From: Minisyncoccota bacterium
GTDB taxonomy: Bacteria > Patescibacteriota > Microgenomatia > UBA1400 > UBA12028
DNA: 64,000 nt
Direction of reading: 5' to 3'
NCBI GenBank assembly: GCA_003487265.1
Contig: DNEP01000013.1
Span: forward strand, 230,706 to 294,705
The first letter of the stretch is position 1. Every line of letters starts with the position of its first letter. Below are positions 1 to 9,062 of this stretch, one piece after another. The notes beneath the pieces are model-generated. The model was not told the origin of the DNA and did no database searches. It saw only the letters and a program-made list of their open reading frames with translations. The position numbers and the translations under genes were made by a program.

Positions 1-1
1 T

Positions 2-719
2 ACTGCACAGCCATTTGCACAACCAACGCCACAAGCAAAAGAACGGTTGAATCACCCGCTAACCCTTGAAGAAGTTGAAGGAAAATTCCCATAATCCATC
101 CAAGTATGATTAAAAACCCAAATCGCAATAAAATGCTCAAAAAAGAAGATCGTACAACACGCAAACTTTCCTTCATCGAAGCAACGACGCCCATATTATC
201 CAACACAAGTGCGTACATCGACATCATGAGCCAAATTGAAATGAGAAACCCTGGAACAATAAGTAGCCACATACCACCCATCATAAGAAACGTTGTACTC
301 AGTGAAAGTCCAATTACCGCCGGTATTACCCTAATTATCTTCCCGAGTTCAGCATTTGTTTGAAATTCCTTGTTCTGATTTTTAAAATCGACGTATCGAA
401 TGATGAGGAATTGGATCACCATCATCACAATGGTGAGAAGAAAAAACAATACAAAAAACACTCCAATCACAGTGGGATTCGTCAATTTCGAAATGAGTTG
501 CATTGGATCAATTTTTTCTGAAGAAAGCGCTGAAATAAATGTTGTTGACAAAACCGTCAGTGCAATTCCAAAAACCGCAACAAATGACAACGCCATTCCG
601 ATTAACACGGCAAATAATTGAAACTTCCATGTTTTTTTTAACAATTCCCAAGAGGCATGTACCAACTCACTAATCGGTCGCATCGATTTTTTTGTTTGTG
701 TGACTGCCGATTCGTCCAT
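2..719 (-). CDS. Hypothetical polytopic membrane protein (3' end off-window)
   Basis: Hand translation of the minus strand from the ATG at 719 gives about 239 codons with no stop running off the left edge. The product is very hydrophobic with several predicted TM helices. The plus-strand track ORFs 106-363 and 400-621 are antisense to it and less plausible. Confidence 0.4.
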   Translation of the reverse strand, partial: MDESAVTQTKKSMRPISELVHASWELLKKTWKFQLFAVLIGMALSFVAVFGIALTVLSTTFISALSSEKIDPMQLISKLTNPTVIGVFFVLFFLLTIVMMVIQFLIIRYVDFKNQNKEFQTNAELGKIIRVIPAVIGLSLSTTFLMMGGMWLLIVPGFLISIWLMMSMYALVLDNMGVVASMKESLRVVRSSFLSILLRFGFLIILGWIMGIFLQLLQGLAGDSTVLLLVALVVQMAVQ

Positions 720-819
720 TGCGCTCCTCTGTATTCAACTTCTCTAGTAACTGAAGTATACACCAAGAAAAAAGAAAAGAGCAAGAAGAGAGCAAGGGAA
801 GCTCATTGATAAAAAAGAT

Positions 820-1794
820 CTAATTTCCCAACTTCCATCTCCGATCAAACATTTGTCTTTGAGCTTGTAACTCAGATCGCATTTGCGCAACTCTCTCTTT
901 CAAGATATTTTCATTGCCTTCAATTTCCGCTTGAAATCTACGAAATAGCAAATTGTATTCATACATATCATAGATAAGATCACCATATGGTTCGCTCATG
1001 GATCCATAAGTTTCATAATGTTTATTCACTAATTCTCTGATCTGTTCGAAAGGTAAATGGAACAGAGAAGGCACTTGTAATACACGCACTAAATCGTTAA
1101 CCACCTGTGCTTCAAAAACATATACTGTCTTCGTTCTCATGGAAACTTGTCCGCAACTTGTCTCAATTTCCTGAGCTTTTGCTTGGATTATTCCCTCATT
1201 CAATATTGTAGTTGCATCTGTGTCTAATCTATTTCTTTTTCTTACCTGATGACCAAGTTCGTGAATCACAACATCAAACAATTGTGCAGTTTCAGTATTA
1301 AGATCTTGTGAATCTTGAGGTATTAGTATTTCCCCAATATCACCTTTCATAGTATAAGCCAAGTCATCTCGGCGATTTCCGACAATATTTTGGATTCTTT
1401 GTTCAGGTAAAAAAAATAAACTATTTGGATCAAAAGAGCCAGCAAAAAGACCATGCTCCTTAATGTTTTCGTTTAATGCTTCATACGCACGTTGAACAAT
1501 TTCTATTCTTTCTGAGGTTAATGCCTCAACACGATACGTATGTAAAATAGGCACAATATCGGTTGCTACAAAATTATCTGGGATACCAATAGTCGACAAC
1601 ATATGAAGTACATATTCTTCTGGTAGAATTGTTTTCCAATCTCCTTGAAAATTTGGCGGTCGGTAAATTTGATTTTCTACTCCGTTTCCCCTAGATACCC
1701 ATTCATCATATAGCTTTATGACTTTCTCATAAAAACCATTTTCTCTTACAGTTACCTCTAGTACGGTGGAAAATGTTACAAGGGGTTTTTCCAT
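820..1794 (-). CDS. ImmA/IrrE-family (DUF955-like) zinc metallopeptidase-like protein
   Basis: HEXXH motif (VIHELGHQV) in the context typical of the ImmA/IrrE COG2856 family. The track ORF (820-1905) runs through the tRNA-Ser gene, so the start was moved to the internal ATG at 1794 (MEKPLVTF...). An XRE repressor gene sits nearby on the same strand. Confidence 0.6.
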   Translation of the reverse strand: MEKPLVTFSTVLEVTVRENGFYEKVIKLYDEWVSRGNGVENQIYRPPNFQGDWKTILPEEYVLHMLSTIGIPDNFVATDIVPILHTYRVEALTSERIEIVQRAYEALNENIKEHGLFAGSFDPNSLFFLPEQRIQNIVGNRRDDLAYTMKGDIGEILIPQDSQDLNTETAQLFDVVIHELGHQVRKRNRLDTDATTILNEGIIQAKAQEIETSCGQVSMRTKTVYVFEAQVVNDLVRVLQVPSLFHLPFEQIRELVNKHYETYGSMSEPYGDLIYDMYEYNLLFRRFQAEIEGNENILKERVAQMRSELQAQRQMFDRRWKLGN

Positions 1795-1839
1795 TTTTAT
1801 TTCTAAGATACATCTTCTAAAAACTTCAATCTTTATTCT

Positions 1840-1926
1840 TGGCGGAGGAGGCGGGATTCGGACCCGCGAGTGCTTTCGCACACACGCTTTCCAGGCGTGC
1901 GCCATGGACCACTAGGCGACTCCTCC
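1840..1926 (-). tRNA. tRNA-Ser (anticodon GGA), 87 nt with encoded CCA
   Basis: Hand-folded cloverleaf. Acceptor stem GGAGGAG/CTCCTCC with discriminator G and CCA. D-arm GCCTAGTGGTC, anticodon loop CU-GGA-AA, long variable arm (type II), T-loop GGTTCGAATCC-like (GGGTCCGAATCCC). Confidence 0.85.
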
Positions 1927-1962
1927 TACTTGGTACAAAAATGTAGAGGTATTGTATCGCAC

Positions 1963-2253
1963 TTATTTCTTTTTTGTTTTGATGATTTTTCGGATCTGCT
2001 CAAGTTCTCGACCGATTTGGTCAAGTTTTGCTTCTATGGAAGATTGATCGAGTCCGAGAAAGTACGTGATTGGATGTTGTGTTGTCAGACTGATTTTTTT
2101 CAACACGTCGATTGGAGGATCAATTCGTCCCACTTCATACGCCGAGATCGTTTTATCCGAAACCCCAATCGCATGCGCGAGTTGTTGTTGAGAAATGCGC
2201 AAACGCATTCTCGCTTCTTTGATCTTTTCTCCAATGGCGTCTTGTTTTTTCAT
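1963..2253 (-). CDS. XRE-family helix-turn-helix transcriptional regulator
   Basis: HTH_XRE signature (ISQQQLAHAIGVSDKTISAYEVGRIDPPIDVLKKI). Internal ATG at 2253 (MKKQDAIGEK) has a GGGGA-type RBS. Same strand as the ImmA-like peptidase, separated from it by tRNA-Ser. Confidence 0.8.
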   Translation of the reverse strand: MKKQDAIGEKIKEARMRLRISQQQLAHAIGVSDKTISAYEVGRIDPPIDVLKKISLTTQHPITYFLGLDQSSIEAKLDQIGRELEQIRKIIKTKKK

Positions 2254-2331
2254 ATCCCCACCCACATATTCGTGTTGACACTGATATCTATCGACTGTAG
2301 AGTAGATTCTATAGAGAATAGAAGATAAAAC

Positions 2332-2685
2332 ATGACCTATCCTCATCTCCTCTGCCTGTCTCAACATTCTACTATGCGTAGAGAATATCTGCAATTCGTA
2401 GAATCACTTTCGTGTGAAGTGAAAGTTTGTTCAACCATTGAAGAGGCGCTCGTGCAGTGCGTCGTCTCACTTCCCAACATTCTTATTCTTGATGATTCTT
2501 TTTCCGTATATGAAGTTTCTGTGTTAGTACGTGTCTTTCAAGAAAAAAAGGACTGGCAAACGGTATCGATGTTTGTCGTGGGAAATGTTGAAAAACACCT
2601 TTTTCCCAAGGAAACGGTTTTTGTCCAATCAATACACGAACTTGTAAACTCGTTGAAAGATGTGTTTGATACGTTGTATTCGTGA
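2332..2685 (+). CDS. Hypothetical protein, possibly a degenerate (pseudo-)receiver domain
   Basis: The ATG ORF fills the XRE-RadC gap and its stop overlaps the radC GTG start (GTGA coupling). The sequence resembles the REC-domain core (STIEEAL ... ILILDD ... SMFVVGN ... KH) but lacks the N-terminal acidic DD pair. Confidence 0.35.
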   Translation: MTYPHLLCLSQHSTMRREYLQFVESLSCEVKVCSTIEEALVQCVVSLPNILILDDSFSVYEVSVLVRVFQEKKDWQTVSMFVVGNVEKHLFPKETVFVQSIHELVNSLKDVFDTLYS

Positions 2686-3341
2686 ACCAACTCCAACGCC
2701 AATCTTCAGAAAAACCCAGAGAAAAACTCATTCGTGGGGGCGTTGAATCGCTCTCAACACAAGAACTACTCATGGTGTTGATTGGAACGGGTATTAAAAA
2801 CAAGTCCGTTCGGTCACTCGCGCAACAGCTCCTTCCCATCTTCCGTTCTGCAGAGGGCAAATCCCTTTCTTTTCAAGATTTCCGATCTATTCGGGGAATC
2901 GGTATGGCAAAATCATGTCTTTTTATCGCCGGTCAAGAATTATTTTATCGGCTCCAACAAAAAAAGGCGTTTTCGTTCCAATCTCCCGAGGCGGTGTTAA
3001 GTCAACTTCAAGATTTACGTTTTTCTACAAGAGAAAAAATGGTGTGTCTGTATTTGTCTGCACGGTATCGACTCGTTCATAAAGAAATCATCGCGGTAGG
3101 ATCGCTAAATCAAATCATCATTCAACCAAGAGATATTTTCACTCCCTCGAAAGGATTACCCATTGCGTGGGTGATCATTGCGCATAATCATCCGTCTGGC
3201 TCTTGTGAACCATCGCAAGATGACATCGCGTTCACTAAACGTGTTGCGGAAGCAGGGAAACTGCTTGGAATTGAGCTGCTCGATCACATTGTGGTAACTG
3301 AAAAAGAGCATCGATCATTAAAAAGTATGGGGATTTTATGA
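2682..3341 (+). CDS. radC: RadC-family JAMM/MPN+ domain protein
   Basis: C-terminal JAMM motif HNHPSG...S..D (IAHNHPSGSCEPSQDD) and an N-terminal HhH-like region (PREKLIRGGVESLSTQELLMVLIGTG). Apparent GTG start overlaps the upstream ORF's stop. Confidence 0.85.
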   Translation: MNQLQRQSSEKPREKLIRGGVESLSTQELLMVLIGTGIKNKSVRSLAQQLLPIFRSAEGKSLSFQDFRSIRGIGMAKSCLFIAGQELFYRLQQKKAFSFQSPEAVLSQLQDLRFSTREKMVCLYLSARYRLVHKEIIAVGSLNQIIIQPRDIFTPSKGLPIAWVIIAHNHPSGSCEPSQDDIAFTKRVAEAGKLLGIELLDHIVVTEKEHRSLKSMGIL

Positions 3342-3354
3342 AGAATGACATTGA

Positions 3355-4215
3355 TTACGCGTTGCGAAACTCCTCGAGAAGAGTGCGCTGTTTACGACTG
3401 ATTCTTTCGGGAATATCGATAATAATACGAACATAATGGTCGCCACGACTGGAAGAGCGGAGATGTTTAATGCCTCGTTCTCGTAGTCGAATCATTGTGT
3501 GTGATTGCGTTCCTGGACGAATCTTGAGTTCGAGTTTTTCATCAATCGTTTCAACTGTCACGACTCCACCTAAAATCGCGGTAATGAGATCGATATGCGC
3601 ATCGGCATAGATATCAGCGCCTTCTCGTTGAAATGTTGTATGAGGCTGAACATCGATCGTCACATCAAACTCGTCGAATCGAATACGCGTTCCATCATCG
3701 ACACCCGCGGGGATCTTAATCGAACGACGTTTTCCGTCAATCTCAACGGTTTTTTCAACACCTTTCACCGCTTCCATAAATGGAAGCGTCATGCTGTATC
3801 TTGGGCGACGTTGCTGACGCGAGGAAAACGGGTTTCCACCAAAAAAACTTTCAAAAATCTGAAAAGGATCGCCAAAATCTCCCGAAGAAGCTCCGCCGAA
3901 CGGGTTTCCTCCACCATACGAGTAGGTGTACGTGAACGGCCCCTGTTGCGCGCCACCGGCGAACGGATTTCCTCCCATGCCCGCAGAGGGATCAAATGCT
4001 GAATGACCAAATTGGTCATAGGTCTTTCTTTTTTCTTTATCACCGATTACTTGATACGCCTCGTTGATTTCTTTAAATTTTTCCTCTGCATCCGAAGCCT
4101 TGTTTCTGTCGGGATGGTATTGAAGCGCGAGTTTACGATAGGCAGCCTTAATCTCCGCGGGAGTCGCGGTTTTTGAAAGACCCAATATTTCGTAATAGTC
4201 GCGCTTCGTCGCCAT
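3355..4215 (-). CDS. dnaJ: DnaJ-like co-chaperone (J domain + C-terminal substrate-binding domains, no Zn-finger CxxCxGxG repeats; CbpA-type)
   Basis: J domain with HPD (KRDYYEILGLSKTATPAEIKAAYRKLALQYHPDRN), a G/F-rich linker, no cysteine repeats. ATG at 4215 has an AAGGA RBS. It is the last gene of the hrcA-grpE-dnaK operon. Confidence 0.85.
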   Translation of the reverse strand: MATKRDYYEILGLSKTATPAEIKAAYRKLALQYHPDRNKASDAEEKFKEINEAYQVIGDKEKRKTYDQFGHSAFDPSAGMGGNPFAGGAQQGPFTYTYSYGGGNPFGGASSGDFGDPFQIFESFFGGNPFSSRQQRRPRYSMTLPFMEAVKGVEKTVEIDGKRRSIKIPAGVDDGTRIRFDEFDVTIDVQPHTTFQREGADIYADAHIDLITAILGGVVTVETIDEKLELKIRPGTQSHTMIRLRERGIKHLRSSSRGDHYVRIIIDIPERISRKQRTLLEEFRNA

Positions 4216-4263
4216 ATATCCTTTTTTGCTCGTCAAAAAACAGTACTGTTTACCCTGCAGGAA

Positions 4264-6213
4264 TTATTCTGCGATCTCGCCTTCTTCAACAGGTCCATCG
4301 GTTTTTTTGGAAGACTGATCTTCTGTTTTTTCTGAAGACGATGTCGTGTCCGATGCATTTTCGGTTTTTGCCTGAGCATCTGCTCCTGCTTGCCCCGCTT
4401 TCGCCTGTGCTTCTTGAGCCTGACGCATCACTTCTCCGATTTTTTGAGCCGATTGATACGTCGATTCAATCGCTTTTTCAAGATCTTCTTTTGAAGACTC
4501 TGGTTTTTCTGCGAGTTCGCGCAATTTTTGCACGTTTTCTTCAATGGATTTTTTATCATTCTCATTGAGTTTGTCACCGTATTCCTTCAACTGCTTTTCG
4601 ATCTCGAACGCAACGCCTGTTGCTTTGTTTCGCGTCTCCACTGTTTCTTTTTTGATTTTATCTTCCGCAGCGAATTTTTCTGCTTCAGCCTTCATTCGCT
4701 CAACTTCCTCTTCGGAAATATTTGTGGAGTTTTGAATCGTGATCTTTTGTTCTTTCCCCGTCGTTTTTTCTTTTGCCGAGACGTGGAGAATTCCGTTTGA
4801 ATCGATATCAAATGTCACATCGACTTGAGGAATACCGCGTTGCGCGGGGGGAATACCGTCGAGAATAAATCGGCCGAGCGACTTGTTATCCGCCGCCATT
4901 TCGCGCTCACCTTGAAGCACGTTGATCTCCACCGAGGTTTGGTTATCCGCAGCAGTCGAGAAAACTTGCGATTTGCTGGTAGGAACGGTTGTGTTTCGCT
5001 GAATAAGAGCGGTGCGCACACCTCCAAGCGTTTCAAGTCCAAGCGTGAGTGGAGTAACATCTAGCAACACCACATCTTTCACATCGCCCGTAATCACACC
5101 CGCTTGAACTGCGGCTCCAACCGCCACCACTTCGTCGGGATTTACCCCCTTATGAGGTTCTTTCCCAAAGAATGCTTTCACGCGTTCTTGCACTTTCGGC
5201 ATACGCGTCATTCCGCCAACCAACACAACTTCGGAAATTTCCGATGCTTTGACTTTGGCATCGTCAAGCGCTTTTTGGACAGGAACAAACGTTTTTTCAA
5301 TCAGAGCATCGACAAGCTCCTCCAACTTTGATCGAGTAAGCGTCATTGTTAAATGGAGTGGCCCATTTGGTCCCTGCGCGATAAATGGCTGATTGATCTC
5401 TGTTTGCTGTGCAGAAGAAAGTTCAATCTTCGCTTTTTCGGCGGTGTCACGAATGCGCTGCAACGCCTGAGGGTCGGATTTTAAGTCGACACCGTTCTCT
5501 TTTTTAAACTCGGATGCGATGTAATCAATAATAACCGCATCAAAATCGTCCCCTCCTAAGAAGGTGTCTCCATTGGTAGACTTCACTTCGAACACTCCAC
5601 CACCAATCTCCAAGATCGAGATGTCAAACGTGCCTCCACCCAAATCGTAGACCGCGATCACACCTGACTCTTTTTTATCTAAACCGTACGCAAGCGCGGC
5701 AGCGGTGGGTTCATTCAAAATACGTTCCACTTTCAAACCAGCGATCTCTCCCGCTTGTTTGGTTGCCTGCCGTTGCGCATCATCAAAGTACGCAGGAACA
5801 GTAATCACCGCTGAATCAACTGTTTCTCCCAAATATGCTTCTGCATCTGTTTTCGCTTTTGCGAGAATTTTCGCGGAGATTTCTTGTGGCGTGTATTTCT
5901 TTTTGTTGATTTCCACCACGGCCATATCGTCTTTGCCTGCAACAATAGTGTACGCAACGCGTTCGATTGTTTTTTTGACTTGAGCATCGCTGATTTTGCG
6001 ACCCATCAATCGCTTCACAGACATCACTGTGTTCTTTGCGTTCAACACAGCCTGTCGTTTCGCGGATGTACCAACCAAGTTTTTAATTGGCTCAACAATC
6101 GAAGGGAAGGTGTTCGCACCTTCTGCGGTTGTAATAACAACGGGCTTTCCCTGCTCCATAACCGCAACTGCTGAGTTTGTTGTTCCTAAATCAATACCAA
6201 TGACCTTTGACAT
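4264..6213 (-). CDS. dnaK: Molecular chaperone DnaK (Hsp70)
   Basis: Canonical Hsp70 signatures ([32 protein letters not shown]) and a strong AGGAGGA RBS. 649 aa. Confidence 0.97.
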   Translation of the reverse strand: MSKVIGIDLGTTNSAVAVMEQGKPVVITTAEGANTFPSIVEPIKNLVGTSAKRQAVLNAKNTVMSVKRLMGRKISDAQVKKTIERVAYTIVAGKDDMAVVEINKKKYTPQEISAKILAKAKTDAEAYLGETVDSAVITVPAYFDDAQRQATKQAGEIAGLKVERILNEPTAAALAYGLDKKESGVIAVYDLGGGTFDISILEIGGGVFEVKSTNGDTFLGGDDFDAVIIDYIASEFKKENGVDLKSDPQALQRIRDTAEKAKIELSSAQQTEINQPFIAQGPNGPLHLTMTLTRSKLEELVDALIEKTFVPVQKALDDAKVKASEISEVVLVGGMTRMPKVQERVKAFFGKEPHKGVNPDEVVAVGAAVQAGVITGDVKDVVLLDVTPLTLGLETLGGVRTALIQRNTTVPTSKSQVFSTAADNQTSVEINVLQGEREMAADNKSLGRFILDGIPPAQRGIPQVDVTFDIDSNGILHVSAKEKTTGKEQKITIQNSTNISEEEVERMKAEAEKFAAEDKIKKETVETRNKATGVAFEIEKQLKEYGDKLNENDKKSIEENVQKLRELAEKPESSKEDLEKAIESTYQSAQKIGEVMRQAQEAQAKAGQAGADAQAKTENASDTTSSSEKTEDQSSKKTDGPVEEGEIAE

Positions 6214-6226
6214 AGATCCTCCTATA

Positions 6227-6793
6227 TTATTCTGTTACTTTTTTTACGACATCTTCCAAAGCTCCGGTTCCAACCTCAACCTTCGCAGGTCGGAGCACGA
6301 GGTCATACATCATGTATCCTTTTTGTTGTACTCGAATAACCACATCTTTTTTTCCCTGTACTTGGGCAACTGCCTCCATACGGTCTGGGTCAAAAAGTTC
6401 CCCTACAATCTGCATTTCTTGTATCCCTTGAGACTCAAGTGATTGTGAAAACGATCGCGCGATCATCTCAATTCCCGAATCTTTTGTATGCTCAAGAGCT
6501 AAATATAAATGATCCAACGGCTCGAGAATCGCCAAAGCGAGTTCTTTTGAAGCCAACTTGATCATTTTCTCTTGCATTCCTTGTGTCCTGCGGCTCAAAT
6601 TTTGATAATCCGCAACCGTGCGTAGGTATTTTTGCTCCATCTCGTGTAACTGCGTTTTACACTCTTCATGTTGGTCTGCCAAAGCGTCATCTGAATTGAG
6701 TTTTGCATTTATGTCATCACTCAGATTTTCACTATCACGAAGTAAAGCATCATCTTGTTGTTGCATATCAGCAACCGTTTGATTGTTTGTCAT
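6227..6793 (-). CDS. grpE: Nucleotide exchange factor GrpE
   Basis: GrpE-like coiled-coil N-terminus and a C-terminal beta domain ([14 protein letters not shown]..., [13 protein letters not shown]). Sits in the conserved position between hrcA and dnaK. GAAAGGAA RBS. Confidence 0.9.
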   Translation of the reverse strand: MTNNQTVADMQQQDDALLRDSENLSDDINAKLNSDDALADQHEECKTQLHEMEQKYLRTVADYQNLSRRTQGMQEKMIKLASKELALAILEPLDHLYLALEHTKDSGIEMIARSFSQSLESQGIQEMQIVGELFDPDRMEAVAQVQGKKDVVIRVQQKGYMMYDLVLRPAKVEVGTGALEDVVKKVTE

Positions 6794-6810
6794 ACATTCC
6801 TTTCACCACA

Positions 6811-7542
6811 TTACGATAAAGATGGATGAAACTCTTCGAGTAATCCATGCATGTATTCCAAAAATGGAATCATATACGCATAATCGATCCTACTTGATCC
6901 GATCACACCCAACATGCACCTCTGATCAGCACATTGAAATTCGGTAAACAAAATCCCCACAGGTTCGAGATATCGATTACCAAGATCTCCACCAAAAACC
7001 ATATGCACCATGTCGCCACCCCAATCCCGCAGAAAAATCGATTCCAACTGACGCGTTTCTTCGAGCAACTGAAAAACCGTTCTCGCAACATCCAAATCCT
7101 CGAACTCGGGAATCGAAAGTAAATGCGAATACCCCGAATGAAAGGCTTGGTGATCGGCGGTTACCGCAACTCCAACCGACTGCGCGCGTTCCGAAAGTAC
7201 ACGAGTCGCTTCGTGGAGCATGGAATCAAATTTGTGACGCGATTCCCACATCCTCTCCTTTACCGAAACCTCGTCCGCCACCGAAAGATCCTTCTTGTTC
7301 ATCAACTCCTGAACGTACAGTTTCAACGCCATTGGAGTAGGAACGCGTCCAGCTGAAGAGTGCGGTTGCTTCAAGTATCCTTGGTCTCCCAAGTACGCAA
7401 GTTCACTTCGAATCGTCGCGGGACTTACCCCAAGATTAAATTTGCGATCAATTGTGTCGGATCCAATCGGCTCAGCTGTTTTTAAGTATTCCTCAATCAC
7501 AGCTTTTAAGATTTGAATCTGGCGAGAAGTGAGATCAATCAT
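6811..7542 (-). CDS. hrcA: Heat-inducible transcription repressor HrcA (short form, 243 aa)
   Basis: N-terminal winged-helix typical of HrcA (LTSRQIQILKAVIEEYLKTAEPIGSDTI...ATIRSELAYLGDQGYLKQPHSSAGRVPT). It is the first gene of the dnaK operon and a CIRCE element lies directly upstream. Confidence 0.85.
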   Translation of the reverse strand: MIDLTSRQIQILKAVIEEYLKTAEPIGSDTIDRKFNLGVSPATIRSELAYLGDQGYLKQPHSSAGRVPTPMALKLYVQELMNKKDLSVADEVSVKERMWESRHKFDSMLHEATRVLSERAQSVGVAVTADHQAFHSGYSHLLSIPEFEDLDVARTVFQLLEETRQLESIFLRDWGGDMVHMVFGGDLGNRYLEPVGILFTEFQCADQRCMLGVIGSSRIDYAYMIPFLEYMHGLLEEFHPSLS

Positions 7543-7545
7543 AGA

Positions 7546-7572
7546 TTAGCAGAATGGTAACATGACTGCTAA
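7546..7572 (-). promoter_or_regulatory. CIRCE-like operator (TTAGCAGAA-N9-GACTGCTAA) upstream of hrcA
   Basis: 27-bp inverted repeat matching the CIRCE consensus TTAGCACTC-N9-GAGTGCTAA at 14 of 18 arm positions. It lies 4 nt upstream of the hrcA start codon. Confidence 0.55.
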
Positions 7573-7655
7573 ACCTCTGTCAAGCGCGGAGATTTTTCAA
7601 AACACGCGCGCTCAACATCTTGTCATTCTGTTCCTGCTCATGTCATACTTCATCA

Positions 7656-9062
7656 ATGATGAGACAGTATCACATCAAACGGTTAAAACGTGTTTTTCCA
7701 ATCGTCGTACTTATCTTTATATTGGCGATCACCGCATTCCAAGTGCCTGTCGTTCGTGAATTTTTCATTGGCGCTTCGGGTGTTGAAGCAAATATTTTTG
7801 TCGATCTTTCTGGTACATTGGGTCACATGCCACAACCGTGGAAAAATCTCGCACAGGGAGGAGAAGACCACGCGTGGACCGTTGCACAAGTTCAAAATGA
7901 GGTACAACATCTTCAACCTGAATATATTCGCATCGATCATTTGTATGATTTTTATGATCCTGTAACAATCGTCAACGGTCAACCTGTCTACTCTTGGGAA
8001 AAAGCAGACGCCGCAGTTCAAGCGATCCTCGCAACGGGCGCAAAACCGTATCTTTCACTTTCATATACCCCAACTCCGCTGATTCAGACAGACATTGTTG
8101 GTGAACCATCAGATTATTCGATGTATCAAAGGATTATTCGTGACACGATTCTTCATTATAGTAAAACACTTGCGATAGAGGATGTGATATACGAAATGTG
8201 GAACGAACCTGATCTTTTTGGTGGATGGAAAGTGTACGGTCCAAAAAACTATTTAAAATTGTACGAATACGCAGGCCGAGGAGCTCTTGAGGCGCGGACA
8301 GAAAACGCCCTTCCGTTTACTTTTGGAGGACCAGCAATCACAGCACTCTACAAAAATTGGGTGGATGCTCTTGTTAAGAAATCAATTGAACAAAACCTTC
8401 CACTCGATTTCATTTCTTGGCATCGATACACCACAGACGTTGATCAATACGAAAAAGACGCCCGAGATGTTCGAGAATGGCTTGACGCATATCCACAACT
8501 TCTCAATGTTGAGTTGCACATCACTGAATGGGGACATGACTCGAATAATCAAGCGGGATATGACACGCAATATGGCGCCGCACACACCGTTCTAGGGGGA
8601 CTTGCGATGATAGGAAAAGTTGACCGCGGTTTTGTGTTTGAAATTCAAGATGGAAAAGATCCAGCGGGGAATGCAAAATGGGGGCGATGGGGACTTCTCA
8701 CGCATTCTTCTGGAGGTGCGGAGAAAAAACCACGCTACAACGCGATACTTGAACTTAACCAACTTGAAGGAGAGTGGCTTCCTGTCGCAGGAAACGGGAG
8801 TTGGGTAAAGGCGGGGGCCAGTCAAGTTGGAGCGGAATATCGTATTTTGTTGGCGAACTTTGACGAAGCGGGAACGCACCGCGAAACGGTTCCCCTCACG
8901 CTCACGAACATCCCAGCGCAGACACTTCGAGTAAGGCAAAAATCAATCTCGGGGATTGTACAAGAATCCGAAGTCGCGACAACCGAAGCCGATATTCGGT
9001 TGGAGATTCCGATGGAGCCACTGAGTGTGGTAATGGTGACTATCACGGAGATTGTTGAATAA
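7656..9062 (+). CDS. Clan GH-A glycoside hydrolase (GH39/GH5-like) with N-terminal signal anchor
   Basis: Catalytic acid/base motif MWNEPD and nucleophile motif ITEWG typical of (beta/alpha)8 clan-A glycosidases. N-terminal basic stretch plus TM (KRLKRVFPIVVLIFILAITAF). The track start at 7620 is TTG; the first ATGs are at 7656/7659. Confidence 0.7.
   Translation: MMRQYHIKRLKRVFPIVVLIFILAITAFQVPVVREFFIGASGVEANIFVDLSGTLGHMPQPWKNLAQGGEDHAWTVAQVQNEVQHLQPEYIRIDHLYDFYDPVTIVNGQPVYSWEKADAAVQAILATGAKPYLSLSYTPTPLIQTDIVGEPSDYSMYQRIIRDTILHYSKTLAIEDVIYEMWNEPDLFGGWKVYGPKNYLKLYEYAGRGALEARTENALPFTFGGPAITALYKNWVDALVKKSIEQNLPLDFISWHRYTTDVDQYEKDARDVREWLDAYPQLLNVELHITEWGHDSNNQAGYDTQYGAAHTVLGGLAMIGKVDRGFVFEIQDGKDPAGNAKWGRWGLLTHSSGGAEKKPRYNAILELNQLEGEWLPVAGNGSWVKAGASQVGAEYRILLANFDEAGTHRETVPLTLTNIPAQTLRVRQKSISGIVQESEVATTEADIRLEIPMEPLSVVMVTITEIVE

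Noticed and set aside
106-621. Plus-strand track ORFs 106-363 and 400-621
   Set aside because: They lie antisense to a 239-codon open minus-strand frame encoding a plausible polytopic membrane protein. Their own products are low-complexity with no motifs.
1870-2328. Plus-strand 152-aa ORF overlapping the XRE gene and tRNA-Ser
   Set aside because: Antisense to a well-supported HTH_XRE gene and overlapping the tRNA. No RBS or motif.
4528-6442. Multiple 60-150-aa ORFs on the plus strand inside dnaK/grpE
   Set aside because: Antisense shadows of highly conserved chaperone genes.
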